Positions 11,186-21,737 of a stretch of DNA of 64,000 nt are shown one piece after another; within the stretch, counting starts at the first letter, position 1; every line of letters starts with the position of its first letter. The position numbers were made by a program, and so were the translations under genes. Source of the stretch: a virus (taxonomy: Duplodnaviria; Caudoviricetes); the IMG/VR virus record IMGVR_UViG_3300031992_000022, positions 32,001-96,000 of that record, one strand, 5' to 3'. The notes beneath the pieces were generated by a model. The model did no database searches. It saw nothing but the letters and a program-made list of their open reading frames with translations, and was not told where the DNA came from.

Positions 11186-11665
11186 TTATATTAATTTGCT
11201 TTTTTTTCTATCAATACGATGTCCATTATAAATATATGTCCTTCCATTATTTTTGTTTTCTTTCATATTATTTGCTGATACTGAACTCCATTCTAAATTC
11301 TCTACTCTATTATCATCTCTGTTTCCATTTTTATGATTAACAATAGGTAAATTTTTAGGATTAGGAATCCAAGCATCTGCAACTAACCTATGAACAGTTT
11401 TAGATACTGTTTCATCTCCATCCATCATTGTTACTTCTCGATAACCATCTTTATCCCAGCGTGGAGATAAATGAATTCCCCGCCGCTCAGAATAAATATC
11501 ACCTTTTTTATTAACCCAATAACCAGTATATGGCGTTGGCTTATAATCTTTTTTTAAATTAGGTGTTATTTTTCTAGATGCTAATAATTTTTTAGTATAA
11601 TCAAAATCTATTAAACTTTGATCTACTATAAATTGTAAATATTCACGAAATTGTATACTAATCAT
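11186..11665 (-). CDS. Free-standing HNH endonuclease directly upstream of nrdD
   Basis: VHRLVADAWIPNP..VNHKNGNRDDNRVENLEW. Confidence 0.88.
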   Translation of the reverse strand: MISIQFREYLQFIVDQSLIDFDYTKKLLASRKITPNLKKDYKPTPYTGYWVNKKGDIYSERRGIHLSPRWDKDGYREVTMMDGDETVSKTVHRLVADAWIPNPKNLPIVNHKNGNRDDNRVENLEWSSVSANNMKENKNNGRTYIYNGHRIDRKKSKLI

Positions 11666-11748
11666 AACTCACCTCTATTAGTATCAAAAAAATAAATTTA
11701 TTTTCTTTAATTTATACTAAAGAAAAAAGTCTTTATTATATAAAGACT

Positions 11749-12599
11749 TTAAAACCTTTCGTCATCCGTTAATTGTCCTATCGTAAAATTCCGTTCTGGA
11801 ATATAATCATTTTGTCTAATATTAAATAAATATCGATATATTTATAAAATGTTATCATCTTCTTTAAGAAGATGTAAAGATCAAATAATTATATAATATA
11901 TAATATTTTTACATAAAATTTCGTATACTTTATTGATCGTTAAATAAATAACTAATTATCTATAATTATCTATTACTAATTAATTTAGAAAAATTATACT
12001 AGTACATATGAATATTGTGATACATGCATATCATTATTTACAACTGATTTTATAAACGGAGCTATAATTTTAGCCGGAAAATATTTATTTCCTAAAGATT
12101 TAATATTTTTACAAGTTTCTTCATGAGACATATGATTTAATCTACAATTATCATAATAAGCAGCTATACGTAATACCTTAGATAAAGTATCTATATTATC
12201 AGCATGTAAGTGTCGAGGATATCCACTACCATCTACATTTTCTTCCGCTTGATCTATAATTGTTATAGCTGGACTGAAATCAATATCTTTTTCTACAGAT
12301 TCTAAACTCTTTAATAATGCTTGTGTATATAATGTATAATTTGCCATTTTTTCTTTACGATTAATGATATCAAAATCATCTTCGAATGAAATATCAATTT
12401 CATTAGATAATTTATTCATTATCCATAATTTTCCGGATTCTAATAATAATCCTGAAAACCATAATGCTTCTAATTCATCTGCTGGACAATTAATTGCTTG
12501 TCCCATTGCATAACAAAGACAAGCTGTATTATTACTATGTCGCAATTGATTTTCATCCATTTTATCTAAAATAAATTGAATATCTTGAACTCTCATCAT
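11749..12599 (-). CDS. HD-GYP-like protein with degenerate active site, 2 exons (12599-12028, 11815-11749)
   Basis: ENVDGSGYP motif; spliced C-terminus NNDI|QNDYIPERNFTIGQLTDDERF ends against a terminator hairpin. Confidence 0.75.
11816..12027 (-). other. Group I intron (212 nt) in the HD-GYP-like gene
   Basis: Exon UGAUAU / IGS GUAUCA; P7 GAUCA/UGAUC; P9 hairpin CAUCUUCU..AGAAGAUG; terminal G. Confidence 0.75.
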
Positions 12600-12655
12600 A
12601 CTTTTAAATCAATCCTTTATTATTTATATATATAATTTTTTATGAAACGAGGTAA

Positions 12656-13486
12656 TTGCAAATGAACATACCTAAAAATTTTAAAGTAATTACCAACACT
12701 ACTACAAAAGATAATATATTAAATATATATAAATATAACGATATTCAGTATAAAACACCTAAAATAATTAATAATACTAAATCAAAAAAATCAATATATA
12801 ATTGGTCCACTGTACAGTTTCCAGTATTTACTTATAAGCATATTACAGAAGATTTAAAAATTACATTAAATAATATATATTTAATTCTTGAGCATATAAA
12901 TAAATTACAAGATATATTAAATCAATTAGATAAAAAAATAAGTATTGCTGGAACGTCAATGAATATATTTATAAATAATTCATTTGATTTACAAAATGCA
13001 TTTAATTATTCGCAGCAATTTATTATAATTCGTAATCATAAATTAGAAATTCATAATAATATTGAATTAGATACTGCTTTAGTACAAAATGAAATACAAT
13101 TATTACATCTTGAAGATGATGAATTATTGCAATTAGTTCCAAAAAATACTAATTCTTATTCTATTACAAATAAACAATTAAAAACATTTAATCAACTATA
13201 TAATCAATATATTGAATATATAGATAATTATAATATGGTAAGTTTTGATCATGAATCAGCATGTAATACATATGAATATTTATTAGAATCATTACAAGCT
13301 AATTTACCAAATATTCAAACAATTAATTTAACAACTAATAATAAAAATGAAACTTTTAATATTAATAAACATGATTTATTATTAGTTAATCAAAATGCTA
13401 ATATTGGATTTTTTTATGTAAAAAAGCAATATTCAAAAAAATTACAGCAATTCTTAGCTACAAAAAATAAGAGAAAACAATCTTAA
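12656..13486 (+). CDS. Hypothetical protein
   Basis: 276-aa ORF with GAGG RBS. Confidence 0.6.
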   Translation: MQMNIPKNFKVITNTTTKDNILNIYKYNDIQYKTPKIINNTKSKKSIYNWSTVQFPVFTYKHITEDLKITLNNIYLILEHINKLQDILNQLDKKISIAGTSMNIFINNSFDLQNAFNYSQQFIIIRNHKLEIHNNIELDTALVQNEIQLLHLEDDELLQLVPKNTNSYSITNKQLKTFNQLYNQYIEYIDNYNMVSFDHESACNTYEYLLESLQANLPNIQTINLTTNNKNETFNINKHDLLLVNQNANIGFFYVKKQYSKKLQQFLATKNKRKQS

Positions 13487-13911
13487 TTGTTATTTTCTCT
13501 TATTTTTTTTAATTGCTGTTTATTTGATAAATGTAGAAATTCGTCATTTTCTTCATCTGAATTATTAATTTTTTCTGATTTATTATAGTCCTGTAATAAT
13601 TCTTCATAAATATTTTTATTACCTAATAATGCTAATTCTATACTATGTATAGTCTGTTTTAATGTATTAATATCACTTTGTAATTTATTAATTTTTTTCT
13701 TTAACATATTATTTTCATTAACTAATTCTGTTTGCTGTTCCAATATAAAATTAACATAATTACGAATTGCAGAATCTAATTTAATAATTTTACCTTCAAT
13801 ATTCATTATAAAATATCCTTTTCTGATATTATTTTGTAAACAGATCATAAGTATCATGATTTTGCGTCCATACATCATAATTATCGCGTTTCCATATAAT
13901 ATAATTATCAT
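13483..13911 (-). CDS. Hypothetical coiled-coil protein (true start probably the internal MNIEGK)
   Basis: Heptad-rich ORF; AAGGA precedes the internal ATG. Confidence 0.5.
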   Translation of the reverse strand: MIIILYGNAIIMMYGRKIMILMICLQNNIRKGYFIMNIEGKIIKLDSAIRNYVNFILEQQTELVNENNMLKKKINKLQSDINTLKQTIHSIELALLGNKNIYEELLQDYNKSEKINNSDEENDEFLHLSNKQQLKKIRENNN

Positions 13912-14392
13912 ATAATGAATGTATATAAACTGCCCAGCTATTAACAGGATCTACAGATAATTCCTTAGCGTTTTCTAAATATGATATATTCATATATGCT
14001 AAATTAGCAATAGTGTTGCTGTAACAATTTAACCAAAAAGCTGAATAAATATCATAAACATCCCAAATATGTCTTTTATCATCAGGATATTTAAATTTTA
14101 ATTCAGTATCAACAGACATATAAATATTATTTCGCATAAAATTACCAATTAATGATTTAATATTAACAAAAGTTAAATAATTAATATTACCTTTTCGATC
14201 ATATCGTTTTGTCTTTAAATCCATAGTTAATCCACTAGTTTGTGCCGATGCTACAACGCTAGATGCTGATAATCTAGCAATTGGCACCTCCCAATTTTGT
14301 AAAGCTTCTGTTCGATATAAAAAAATTAACAAATCCATTGTGTCATCAAAATAAAAATTAGTAATAGTAGTATTCGAAGATTCTATTAACAT
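13829..14392 (-). CDS. Hypothetical protein
   Basis: 187-aa ORF with GGAG RBS. Confidence 0.6.
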   Translation of the reverse strand: MLIESSNTTITNFYFDDTMDLLIFLYRTEALQNWEVPIARLSASSVVASAQTSGLTMDLKTKRYDRKGNINYLTFVNIKSLIGNFMRNNIYMSVDTELKFKYPDDKRHIWDVYDIYSAFWLNCYSNTIANLAYMNISYLENAKELSVDPVNSWAVYIHSLYDNYIIWKRDNYDVWTQNHDTYDLFTK

Positions 14393-14423
14393 ATATTAAT
14401 ACTCAACTCCATATATAAATATT

Positions 14424-14696
14424 TTATTTCCATTTATATCGTTTATAATAACTACGCACTGCTGTTCGACAAGTATATGAATTATGCCATATAGATAATT
14501 TAGTTATATAATTAATTATGTATTCATGAAAAAAATATATTGATTTATAATCACAAATTTCCCATGATTGAAAAATTTTTTTATAATAACTATAATTGCC
14601 AATATATTTCGTTCTACGAACTTTATGATTTGCAATTTTTTTAAAACCAAATCGTTTATATGCTATGCAAGGAAAATGTTTATATGATCGACTCAT
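14424..14696 (-). CDS. Small basic hypothetical protein
   Basis: MSRSYK..KKIANHKVRR..YKKIFQSWEICDY; AGGAG RBS. Confidence 0.65.
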   Translation of the reverse strand: MSRSYKHFPCIAYKRFGFKKIANHKVRRTKYIGNYSYYKKIFQSWEICDYKSIYFFHEYIINYITKLSIWHNSYTCRTAVRSYYKRYKWK

Positions 14697-14807
14697 TTAT
14701 TAATCACTCTCCTTTAATCTATTTTTAATATTTATTATAAATATTAAAAATAAAATAAAAAAATATAATTAGATTTTAATAAAATCTAATTATATTAAAT
14801 TTTACTA

Positions 14808-15939
14808 TTAATAATTATATTTTTGTCGACGAATATTTTCGATATTCTTTTTAATATAAAATTGCGCTAATTCATTAGCATCATCAAATATAAATGCAGC
14901 TAATAACATATAATGATCTGGTATATTTATTAAATTTTATACATTTAATAAACTTTATATATAATTAATATATTAATATAAAATATTTATATTAGTCTAT
15001 TAAAATAAAATCTAATAAAATTATTAATCAATTATAATTAATAATTGCATATGACTATATTTTTAAATGTTATTTCAATATATATTATATATTTACTTAT
15101 AATTAGTCGTTAAATAAATACTTATTAATTAATAAATATTTATTATTGATATAATATTAAAATATTTATACCAATAAAGTTAATAAATATTAATGGCAAT
15201 ATTACCATAAGTCTGTACATATTTGATATAATTTATCATAATTAATTGTTTTAAACGGTTTTCTCCAATGTTTCCAACTAATTTGCTGTCTAATTTCGCG
15301 ATTAATAAATAATAAACGTAAAGCTAATGTTTTTAATACATTATTCCATTTATTATTATTTCCAGCACAATTCCACATATTAGTATAATTACTATATTCG
15401 TTATTACGTTTTATATTAAATATATATTCAATTTGTTGAATAGAATAATTAAATATATCTATTAACGGGTCATTATTAATATTATTATAATATTTATGTT
15501 GAAAATTTTGTAATATAATATTAGTAGTACATTCTGCAGCAATCATTTGATCTAATACAAAATGTAAAACATCAACAATTTCCTTTTTTAATTCTTTAAT
15601 ATCTGCTTTTATTGAATTATTATCTTCTAATATAATATAATCAAATAATTCTTCTATTTCATCTTCCATACATATACAATATTCTTTACACCAATAATCA
15701 GTTACTTCTTTTGGAATATTATTAACAATATGAAATCGCGAAGCAAAATGCTTTTGTATATTATATATTTTTTCAAATAAGTTCATATTATCAGGAATAT
15801 TTAAATCATTTAATACATTGTTTATGATTTGAGGATTTTGTACATCTAAATATGCTTTATATTTAGCACATGGACATTCTATATCATTACATTTCGTTTC
15901 ATAATATGGACATTTATTAATATCAAATTTATTATTCAT
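14808..15939 (-). CDS. dut: Dimeric (all-alpha) dUTPase, 2 exons (15939-15204, 14917-14808)
   Basis: EIVDVLHFVL and WKHWRK motifs; spliced C-terminus YIKKNIENIRRQKYNY matches the KNxENxxRQ motif. Confidence 0.8.
14918..15203 (-). other. Group I intron (286 nt) in dUTPase
   Basis: Exon AUGGU / IGS GCCAU; P7 GACUA/UAGUC; terminal G; junction restores DLWY|HYM. Confidence 0.85.
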
Positions 15940-16088
15940 TTATATTAAAATCCTTTCTTTTTATTTATTAATAAATACAAAATAATTTTATTTCTTTTTT
16001 AAATTTAGATTTTTATTTTCTTAAAATAAATGATCATTATTAAAAAATAATTATTTTATATAATATTTTTTAAAACATCTTCCAGAAA

Positions 16089-16859
16089 TTATTCATTTAT
16101 TTCTTTCAAAAATTGAGGCACATCATTTATAATTAATTTAGTCATAGTTTTTAAACAATTAACTTTTTTTACTGCTGGATCATATATTAATAAATGTTTA
16201 TTTATATTACCTTTAAAATTATTATAAATATTTAATTGTAAATTATTATTAAACCAATTAGGTAAAAATGTAATTTTCGCTAGCATTTTTTTTGATAAGA
16301 TATCAATATGATCATCATATGTAATAATTTTTAACTGATCATTATATATATTTTTTAATTTATTAATAATATCATTTGCTAATAATTTTTGAACATAATT
16401 AATAGTAATATTTTTCTTTTTAGGTATATATAATGTTTGATCATTAATATATGAATTTGGAAAAAATCTTAAATATATAATTTGATTATGTTTATTATCA
16501 TAATCTAATTGTATTAATTTCGTTGGGATTTCATTATATAAAATAAAGTTTCGATCAAATTCAGGAGCAATAATAATTATTTCTGGAGTATTATCAATTT
16601 CATAATTATCGATAGTTTTATATTTTATTTCTGTATAATACTTCATTGCTTGTAATAATACTTTATCTGTAGTTAATACATTTTTTAATTCAACAACTAC
16701 TAATCTATGTTCTTCTTTATTATACGCTAATATATCAATAATTCCAGAATTAATTACAAATTGTTCTTTTATAATTTCATAATTATTACCTAATAAATTA
16801 AAATTATTACGTACAAATGTTTGATATACATGTACTTCATCTTCAAATGAATTAAACAT
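16089..16859 (-). CDS. NucS/EndoMS-like PD-(D/E)XK nuclease
   Basis: GIIDILA..LVVVELK..QAMKY..IIIAP. Confidence 0.7.
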   Translation of the reverse strand: MFNSFEDEVHVYQTFVRNNFNLLGNNYEIIKEQFVINSGIIDILAYNKEEHRLVVVELKNVLTTDKVLLQAMKYYTEIKYKTIDNYEIDNTPEIIIIAPEFDRNFILYNEIPTKLIQLDYDNKHNQIIYLRFFPNSYINDQTLYIPKKKNITINYVQKLLANDIINKLKNIYNDQLKIITYDDHIDILSKKMLAKITFLPNWFNNNLQLNIYNNFKGNINKHLLIYDPAVKKVNCLKTMTKLIINDVPQFLKEINE

Positions 16860-16873
16860 ATATAAATCCTTCT

Positions 16874-17359
16874 TTATATACTAAATATTTTTTTTAATGA
16901 GAATTTTTTAGTATTTGCTGTATCTATATTTTTCGCACTTACAATCATTTCACTTTTTTCGCCTTTATTATTAATACTATTAACTATAGAACTTGTAATA
17001 TTGACACCTGCAATAGCATAAATTAAAGTAATTATGATATTAGTTAAATTCGCTGTAATATCTCCTACTAACACATAATTTACTCCCCCGAAAATGATAG
17101 TTAATAATAAACATAAGATTAATACCGATATTCTCGCTTCATCTATAGAAAATGCTGATAATAAAAATCCTTTTCTAGTGTTTACTTTTTCATATGGAAT
17201 ATCTTCTGATACTTCATATATATTATTATTTTCATCAGTATATATATTATTAATATTATTATTTATTCCATCTTTTACTTTTTGTATTAATATATTATTA
17301 TTTTCTATTTGTTCTTCTACCGGAGTATTATTAATTATCTCTTGTTTTTTTTTAATCAT
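16874..17359 (-). CDS. Membrane protein with two transmembrane segments (holin-like)
   Basis: Two hydrophobic stretches and a basic C-terminus. Confidence 0.5.
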   Translation of the reverse strand: MIKKKQEIINNTPVEEQIENNNILIQKVKDGINNNINNIYTDENNNIYEVSEDIPYEKVNTRKGFLLSAFSIDEARISVLILCLLLTIIFGGVNYVLVGDITANLTNIIITLIYAIAGVNITSSIVNSINNKGEKSEMIVSAKNIDTANTKKFSLKKIFSI

Positions 17360-17649
17360 TATTTATCGCCTCGACAAATTAATCTAGCCTTATTTTTTTT
17401 AGCTAATAAATCTTTATTATTTTGTATAGATAATAAAGGCCCTTGTTGATGATAATAGCCTTTATCTTCTTGTAAAAAAGATTTATAATTATACATAGGT
17501 ATTGCAACAATTGTAGCTAAATCTTCATATTGTTGCCAGTTAATATAATTATTATTATACAAGAAAAAAATGTCAATAAGATTTAATATATTTTTATTAT
17601 CTTCAATATACTTTTTTAATACATTATAATTAATAGTAAAATAATTCAT
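17359..17649 (-). CDS. Hypothetical protein
   Basis: 96-aa ORF with GGAGG RBS. Confidence 0.55.
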   Translation of the reverse strand: MNYFTINYNVLKKYIEDNKNILNLIDIFFLYNNNYINWQQYEDLATIVAIPMYNYKSFLQEDKGYYHQQGPLLSIQNNKDLLAKKNKARLICRGDK

Positions 17650-17708
17650 AATTTTTCCTCCATATTTTATATTAAAAAAATATTTTTCTGAAAAAGAGGT
17701 TATTTTAA

Positions 17709-18863
17709 TTGAATAAAATTATTGATAGATTACAAATGAATACTACAGTTCATCCATTAGATAATACACCTAAAAATATTATTAGTTCAATTTTTTTAGC
17801 CGGGCCAGTTCCTAGAACACAAACAATTTCATGGCGTACATATGCAGAACAATATTTAAGAGAACATAATTATAATGGAACTATTTATAATCCAGAAGTT
17901 TCAACAGCTAATTATGAAAATTATTATAATGAACAATTTGCTTGGGAACACGATAAATTAGATAAAAGTGATATAATAGTATTTTGGATTCCTCGTAAAT
18001 TAAAAAATCAAGAAGCTCTAGGATTAACAACTAATATAGAATTCGGATTATATGCAAAAAGTAATAAATTAATTGTTGGCTGTCCATCAGATGCAGATGA
18101 AGTAAAATATATAGAAAAATGCTGTGAAGAAAATAATATACCTTATTATAATACATTAGAAGAAGTATTAGATGCAACAATATTAATGATAAAAAATAAA
18201 ATGCGCTCAGGTAGTGAATGCGATATACCTACTTTTATTTGGGAAAATGAACAATTTCAAAATTGGTATCAGGCGCAATTAAATGCAGGAAATAGATTAT
18301 TATCTTTAAAATGCTTATATAATTTTTTCATGCCTAAAGCAAAAAAATTATTTTTATGGATTTGTTATGCAAAAATATACATTTCAGCAGAAGATAGAAT
18401 AAAAGATAATGAATTTATTATTAGTCGCACTGATATGTCTTCAGTAGTTTTATATTATAAAGATAATATAGTATTAATAAAAGAATATCGTACACCCTGT
18501 TGCAATAAAGAATGTTATGTATATGAATTGCCTGGTGGTTCATCAATTAATTCATTATCAGCTATTAATACAGCAAAAAATGAAGTATTAGAAGAAACCG
18601 GAATTAATATTCCTATTGAACGATTTGAATTAATAAACAGTCGGCAATCAATGGCTACTTTATCTGCACATTTTATTCATGCTTATAAAGTACAATTAAC
18701 TGTCGAAGAATTTAATCAAATAAAAAAAATAGAAAATAGTATTCATGGATTACATTCAGATGGCGAATATACTAAATTAATTATTAAAAATATAAATGAA
18801 ATACTAAATGAATCATTAGTAGATTGGAATAATATTGGTATTATTCTTTCTGCATTAAAATAA
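17709..18863 (+). CDS. Nucleoside 2-deoxyribosyltransferase-like / NUDIX hydrolase fusion
   Basis: SIFLAGP..SWR..WE..SDIIVFWIP..TTNIEFG; NUDIX box ELPGG..AKNEVLEETG. Confidence 0.8.
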   Translation: MNKIIDRLQMNTTVHPLDNTPKNIISSIFLAGPVPRTQTISWRTYAEQYLREHNYNGTIYNPEVSTANYENYYNEQFAWEHDKLDKSDIIVFWIPRKLKNQEALGLTTNIEFGLYAKSNKLIVGCPSDADEVKYIEKCCEENNIPYYNTLEEVLDATILMIKNKMRSGSECDIPTFIWENEQFQNWYQAQLNAGNRLLSLKCLYNFFMPKAKKLFLWICYAKIYISAEDRIKDNEFIISRTDMSSVVLYYKDNIVLIKEYRTPCCNKECYVYELPGGSSINSLSAINTAKNEVLEETGINIPIERFELINSRQSMATLSAHFIHAYKVQLTVEEFNQIKKIENSIHGLHSDGEYTKLIIKNINEILNESLVDWNNIGIILSALK

Positions 18864-18897
18864 ATAAAATTATATAATATAAAAAGGAATAAAGACT

Positions 18898-19296
18898 ATG
18901 AATATAAATTACACATTATTACATTTATCGACATATACTAGTATTCAGGATTTAAATATAAAATTAAAAACTGTATTTAAATCATATTATAATACAATAT
19001 ATAATAATCATTTTTCTACTGGTGTAATTGATTTAAATTATACAAGAAATCCTATTATATTTAAAATATCAAATATTAATAATAAAAATTACTTTTCATT
19101 ATATACTTTATTTAATAAAAATAATTTTAATAATATTTATTATGGATCTTTAACTAATTGTATTTATAATTTTAATGATATGATGCTAAAAAATTTTTAT
19201 TCTTATCAAAAAATAAATATATTTAATAAACTTCTAATGAAATTAAAAGCATTCATTTTATTAAAATTATATAATAAAGGACTAATATCATTATAA
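18898..19296 (+). CDS. Hypothetical protein
   Basis: 132-aa ORF. Confidence 0.45.
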   Translation: MNINYTLLHLSTYTSIQDLNIKLKTVFKSYYNTIYNNHFSTGVIDLNYTRNPIIFKISNINNKNYFSLYTLFNKNNFNNIYYGSLTNCIYNFNDMMLKNFYSYQKINIFNKLLMKLKAFILLKLYNKGLISL

Positions 19297-19345
19297 TATA
19301 AAAAATTAGCAATCTTATAATAACAAGAAATGATTGTGATCTAAA

Positions 19346-20047
19346 ATGATACCTAATTTTTTACCAGAATTAGAAGAATATCAATATATATTATTTCATA
19401 CAAAGGAAGGTAAGCCTGGTCGTGATTATTTACAAGTTAGAAATATATCTCCTACTACTGCAAAAATATGGAATTTGGGATATTGTCCCATGGATTATGA
19501 TGCTAGGTGTTATAAATCTTTTTTAAAAGAAAATATTACATATTTTTGGCGTAGAATGAATAATCGATTAATTATACCTATATATAATTCTAACGGTAAA
19601 TTAATTTCTTTATCCGGTAGAGAAATTAATAATAAATGGCCTAAATATATTCATTATCCATTTCAGGCAAAACAAAATTTATTCGGATTAAATATTAATA
19701 AAGACGAAATAAGAAATGAAAATTATGCAGTAATTACAGAAGGCCAAATTGATGTAATTTCAGCTTGGCAAAAAAATATAAAAACAATTACTTGCTCATT
19801 CGGTGCACATTCATCAAAAGATCATTTAGCACTATTAGCACGTTATACGAATAATATTTATTATATATATGACAATGATATAGCTGGACAAAAAGGAATT
19901 AATTTTTTAAAAAAAATTAAACATGCAGATTTAAATATAAAATATTGTATTAATATCTTTAATGAAAAAGAAGATCTTGATAATTATTGTCAAAATCATA
20001 CAAAAGAAGATTTTAAAAAATTATTATCTAAAGGTATTAATATATAA
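19346..20047 (+). CDS. DnaG-type primase catalytic/TOPRIM domain (no Zn finger)
   Basis: NRLIIPI..SGR..KY..ITEGQIDVIS..YDNDIAG. Confidence 0.85.
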   Translation: MIPNFLPELEEYQYILFHTKEGKPGRDYLQVRNISPTTAKIWNLGYCPMDYDARCYKSFLKENITYFWRRMNNRLIIPIYNSNGKLISLSGREINNKWPKYIHYPFQAKQNLFGLNINKDEIRNENYAVITEGQIDVISAWQKNIKTITCSFGAHSSKDHLALLARYTNNIYYIYDNDIAGQKGINFLKKIKHADLNIKYCINIFNEKEDLDNYCQNHTKEDFKKLLSKGINI

Positions 20048-20060
20048 AAGGAGATTATAT

Positions 20061-20237
20061 ATGAAAAAAAATAATAATAAAGAAGTACATATTAATGCTA
20101 CATCAAATAGTAAAAAAGGAAATATGTTTATTCAACTATCAGATGAAAGTAAAAGAGAATTGCAAAATGCTGGTATTAAAGTAAATAATGATGGTACTAT
20201 TAGACTAAATTCATCATTACAATTACAACCAAATTAA
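20061..20237 (+). CDS. Small hypothetical protein (start MKKNNN)
   Basis: AGGAG RBS before ATG 20061. Confidence 0.5.
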   Translation: MKKNNNKEVHINATSNSKKGNMFIQLSDESKRELQNAGIKVNNDGTIRLNSSLQLQPN

Positions 20238-20255
20238 TAAATAGCATAACAAACT

Positions 20256-20287
20256 AAAAAAGAGTAGAAATAAAATCTACTCTTTTT
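20256..20287. terminator. Bidirectional intrinsic terminator
   Basis: AAAAAGAGTAGA..TCTACTCTTTTT hairpin. Confidence 0.7.
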
Positions 20288-20295
20288 ATTTTATA

Positions 20296-20430
20296 TTAAG
20301 AATAAATGTCACTAATTCCGCGCGCTATAGATTTTGCAAAATCATCATATTTTTCGCGAAGTAAATTAGCATCATAAGTATTAGTAATAAAAGCCATTTC
20401 TACTAATACTGCATACTTTGCATCTGCATT
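20296..20430 (-). pseudogene. Orphan 3' fragment of an amidase gene
   Basis: Translates AVLVEMAFITNTYDANLLREKYDDFAKSIARGISDIYS*, paralogous to the C-terminus of 21738..22343. Confidence 0.8.
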
Positions 20431-20512
20431 ATTAAAATTAAAAAATATTTTCAATAATATTTACCTAATTTTTTTTATTTTTTTATAAAGAATAAAAGGA
20501 AATGAAATATAA

Positions 20513-21712
20513 ATGTCTATAATAACAAAAAATATAACTAATTATAAAATTCACGCATGGCAAACATGGAAACGCTGTAAAGAATTAAATTTAAATTTTA
20601 AATTTGATGAAATAATAGATATAAATATTCATACATTAAAATTAATTAGTCCTAATAATTCAAAAATAAAAATTGATTTTATATGTGATCAATGTCATAA
20701 GCAATTTAATAAATTATTACGTAATATATCCATGAATGAAATCAATAATGATTATATAATTTGTAAATATTGTAAGCGAGAACAAACTTTATTAGAACAC
20801 TATAATGTTATAAATCCTTCACAAAATCCTTTAATACAATTAAAGATACAAAATACAAAGGCTAATAAAACAGAAGAAGAAAAAATAAAAATTCAAAATA
20901 AAATTGTACAAACTAATTTACAACGTTATGGATGTATTAATCCATCGCATAATGATCAAATAAAAAATAAAATTAGTCAAGCACATTTAAATAAAACTAT
21001 TGATGAAAAACAACAAATTATTGACAAACGAAAGCAGACTAATTTAGAAAAATATGGTGTAGAAAGCGTATCGCAAATTCCTGCCATACAAGAAAAACGA
21101 AAACAAACCTTTTTAAAAAGATTTGGAGTAAATAATCCACAAAAAAGTAAAACTATTCAAGAAAAAACTAAAAAAACTAATTTATTAAGATATAATGCTG
21201 AATATACATTACAAAATCCAGAAATTAGAGCTAAAGGTAAGCTTAGTATGTATAAAAATAATAATATTCCGACTAGTAAACAGCAAAATTATTTTTATAA
21301 TATATTAAAAGACAATGAATTAAATAAAGAAAATATAAAATTAAATTATCCATTACATCATATTGCATTAGACATAGCATTATTAAATGAAAAAATTAAT
21401 ATTGAATATAATGGTGGCGGACATGACCTTGATGTTAAATTACGAGGTTCTACACATGAACAATTTTTACAAAAAGAAATTAGACGTAATAAATTTATAA
21501 GGCAACAAGGATGGAAACAAATTTTTATTATTTCTCCTAATGATAAAATTAATAATTATACAGATAATGAATATATAAGAATTATATATATAGCAAAACA
21601 ATATTTATTAAATACAAATCATCATTGGGTAAATATCTATATTGAAGAAAATAAATTTGAAACAAATATATATACTCAAAGTATTACAAATATATTAAAT
21701 ATAATAAAATAA
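20513..21712 (+). CDS. Free-standing putative homing endonuclease (Zn ribbon, KQTNLEKYG repeats, Vsr/PD-(D/E)XK-like C-terminus)
   Basis: CDQC..CKYC; repeated TNLxRYG; LDIA..INIEYNGGGH. Confidence 0.75.
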   Translation: MSIITKNITNYKIHAWQTWKRCKELNLNFKFDEIIDINIHTLKLISPNNSKIKIDFICDQCHKQFNKLLRNISMNEINNDYIICKYCKREQTLLEHYNVINPSQNPLIQLKIQNTKANKTEEEKIKIQNKIVQTNLQRYGCINPSHNDQIKNKISQAHLNKTIDEKQQIIDKRKQTNLEKYGVESVSQIPAIQEKRKQTFLKRFGVNNPQKSKTIQEKTKKTNLLRYNAEYTLQNPEIRAKGKLSMYKNNNIPTSKQQNYFYNILKDNELNKENIKLNYPLHHIALDIALLNEKINIEYNGGGHDLDVKLRGSTHEQFLQKEIRRNKFIRQQGWKQIFIISPNDKINNYTDNEYIRIIYIAKQYLLNTNHHWVNIYIEENKFETNIYTQSITNILNIIK

Positions 21713-21737
21713 AAGGTAGAGTAAAATCTACCTTTTA

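Noticed and set aside
11749-11990. Possible tmRNA or tRNA in the intergenic gap
   Set aside because: No cloverleaf or CCA end; better explained as an intron plus a terminal exon
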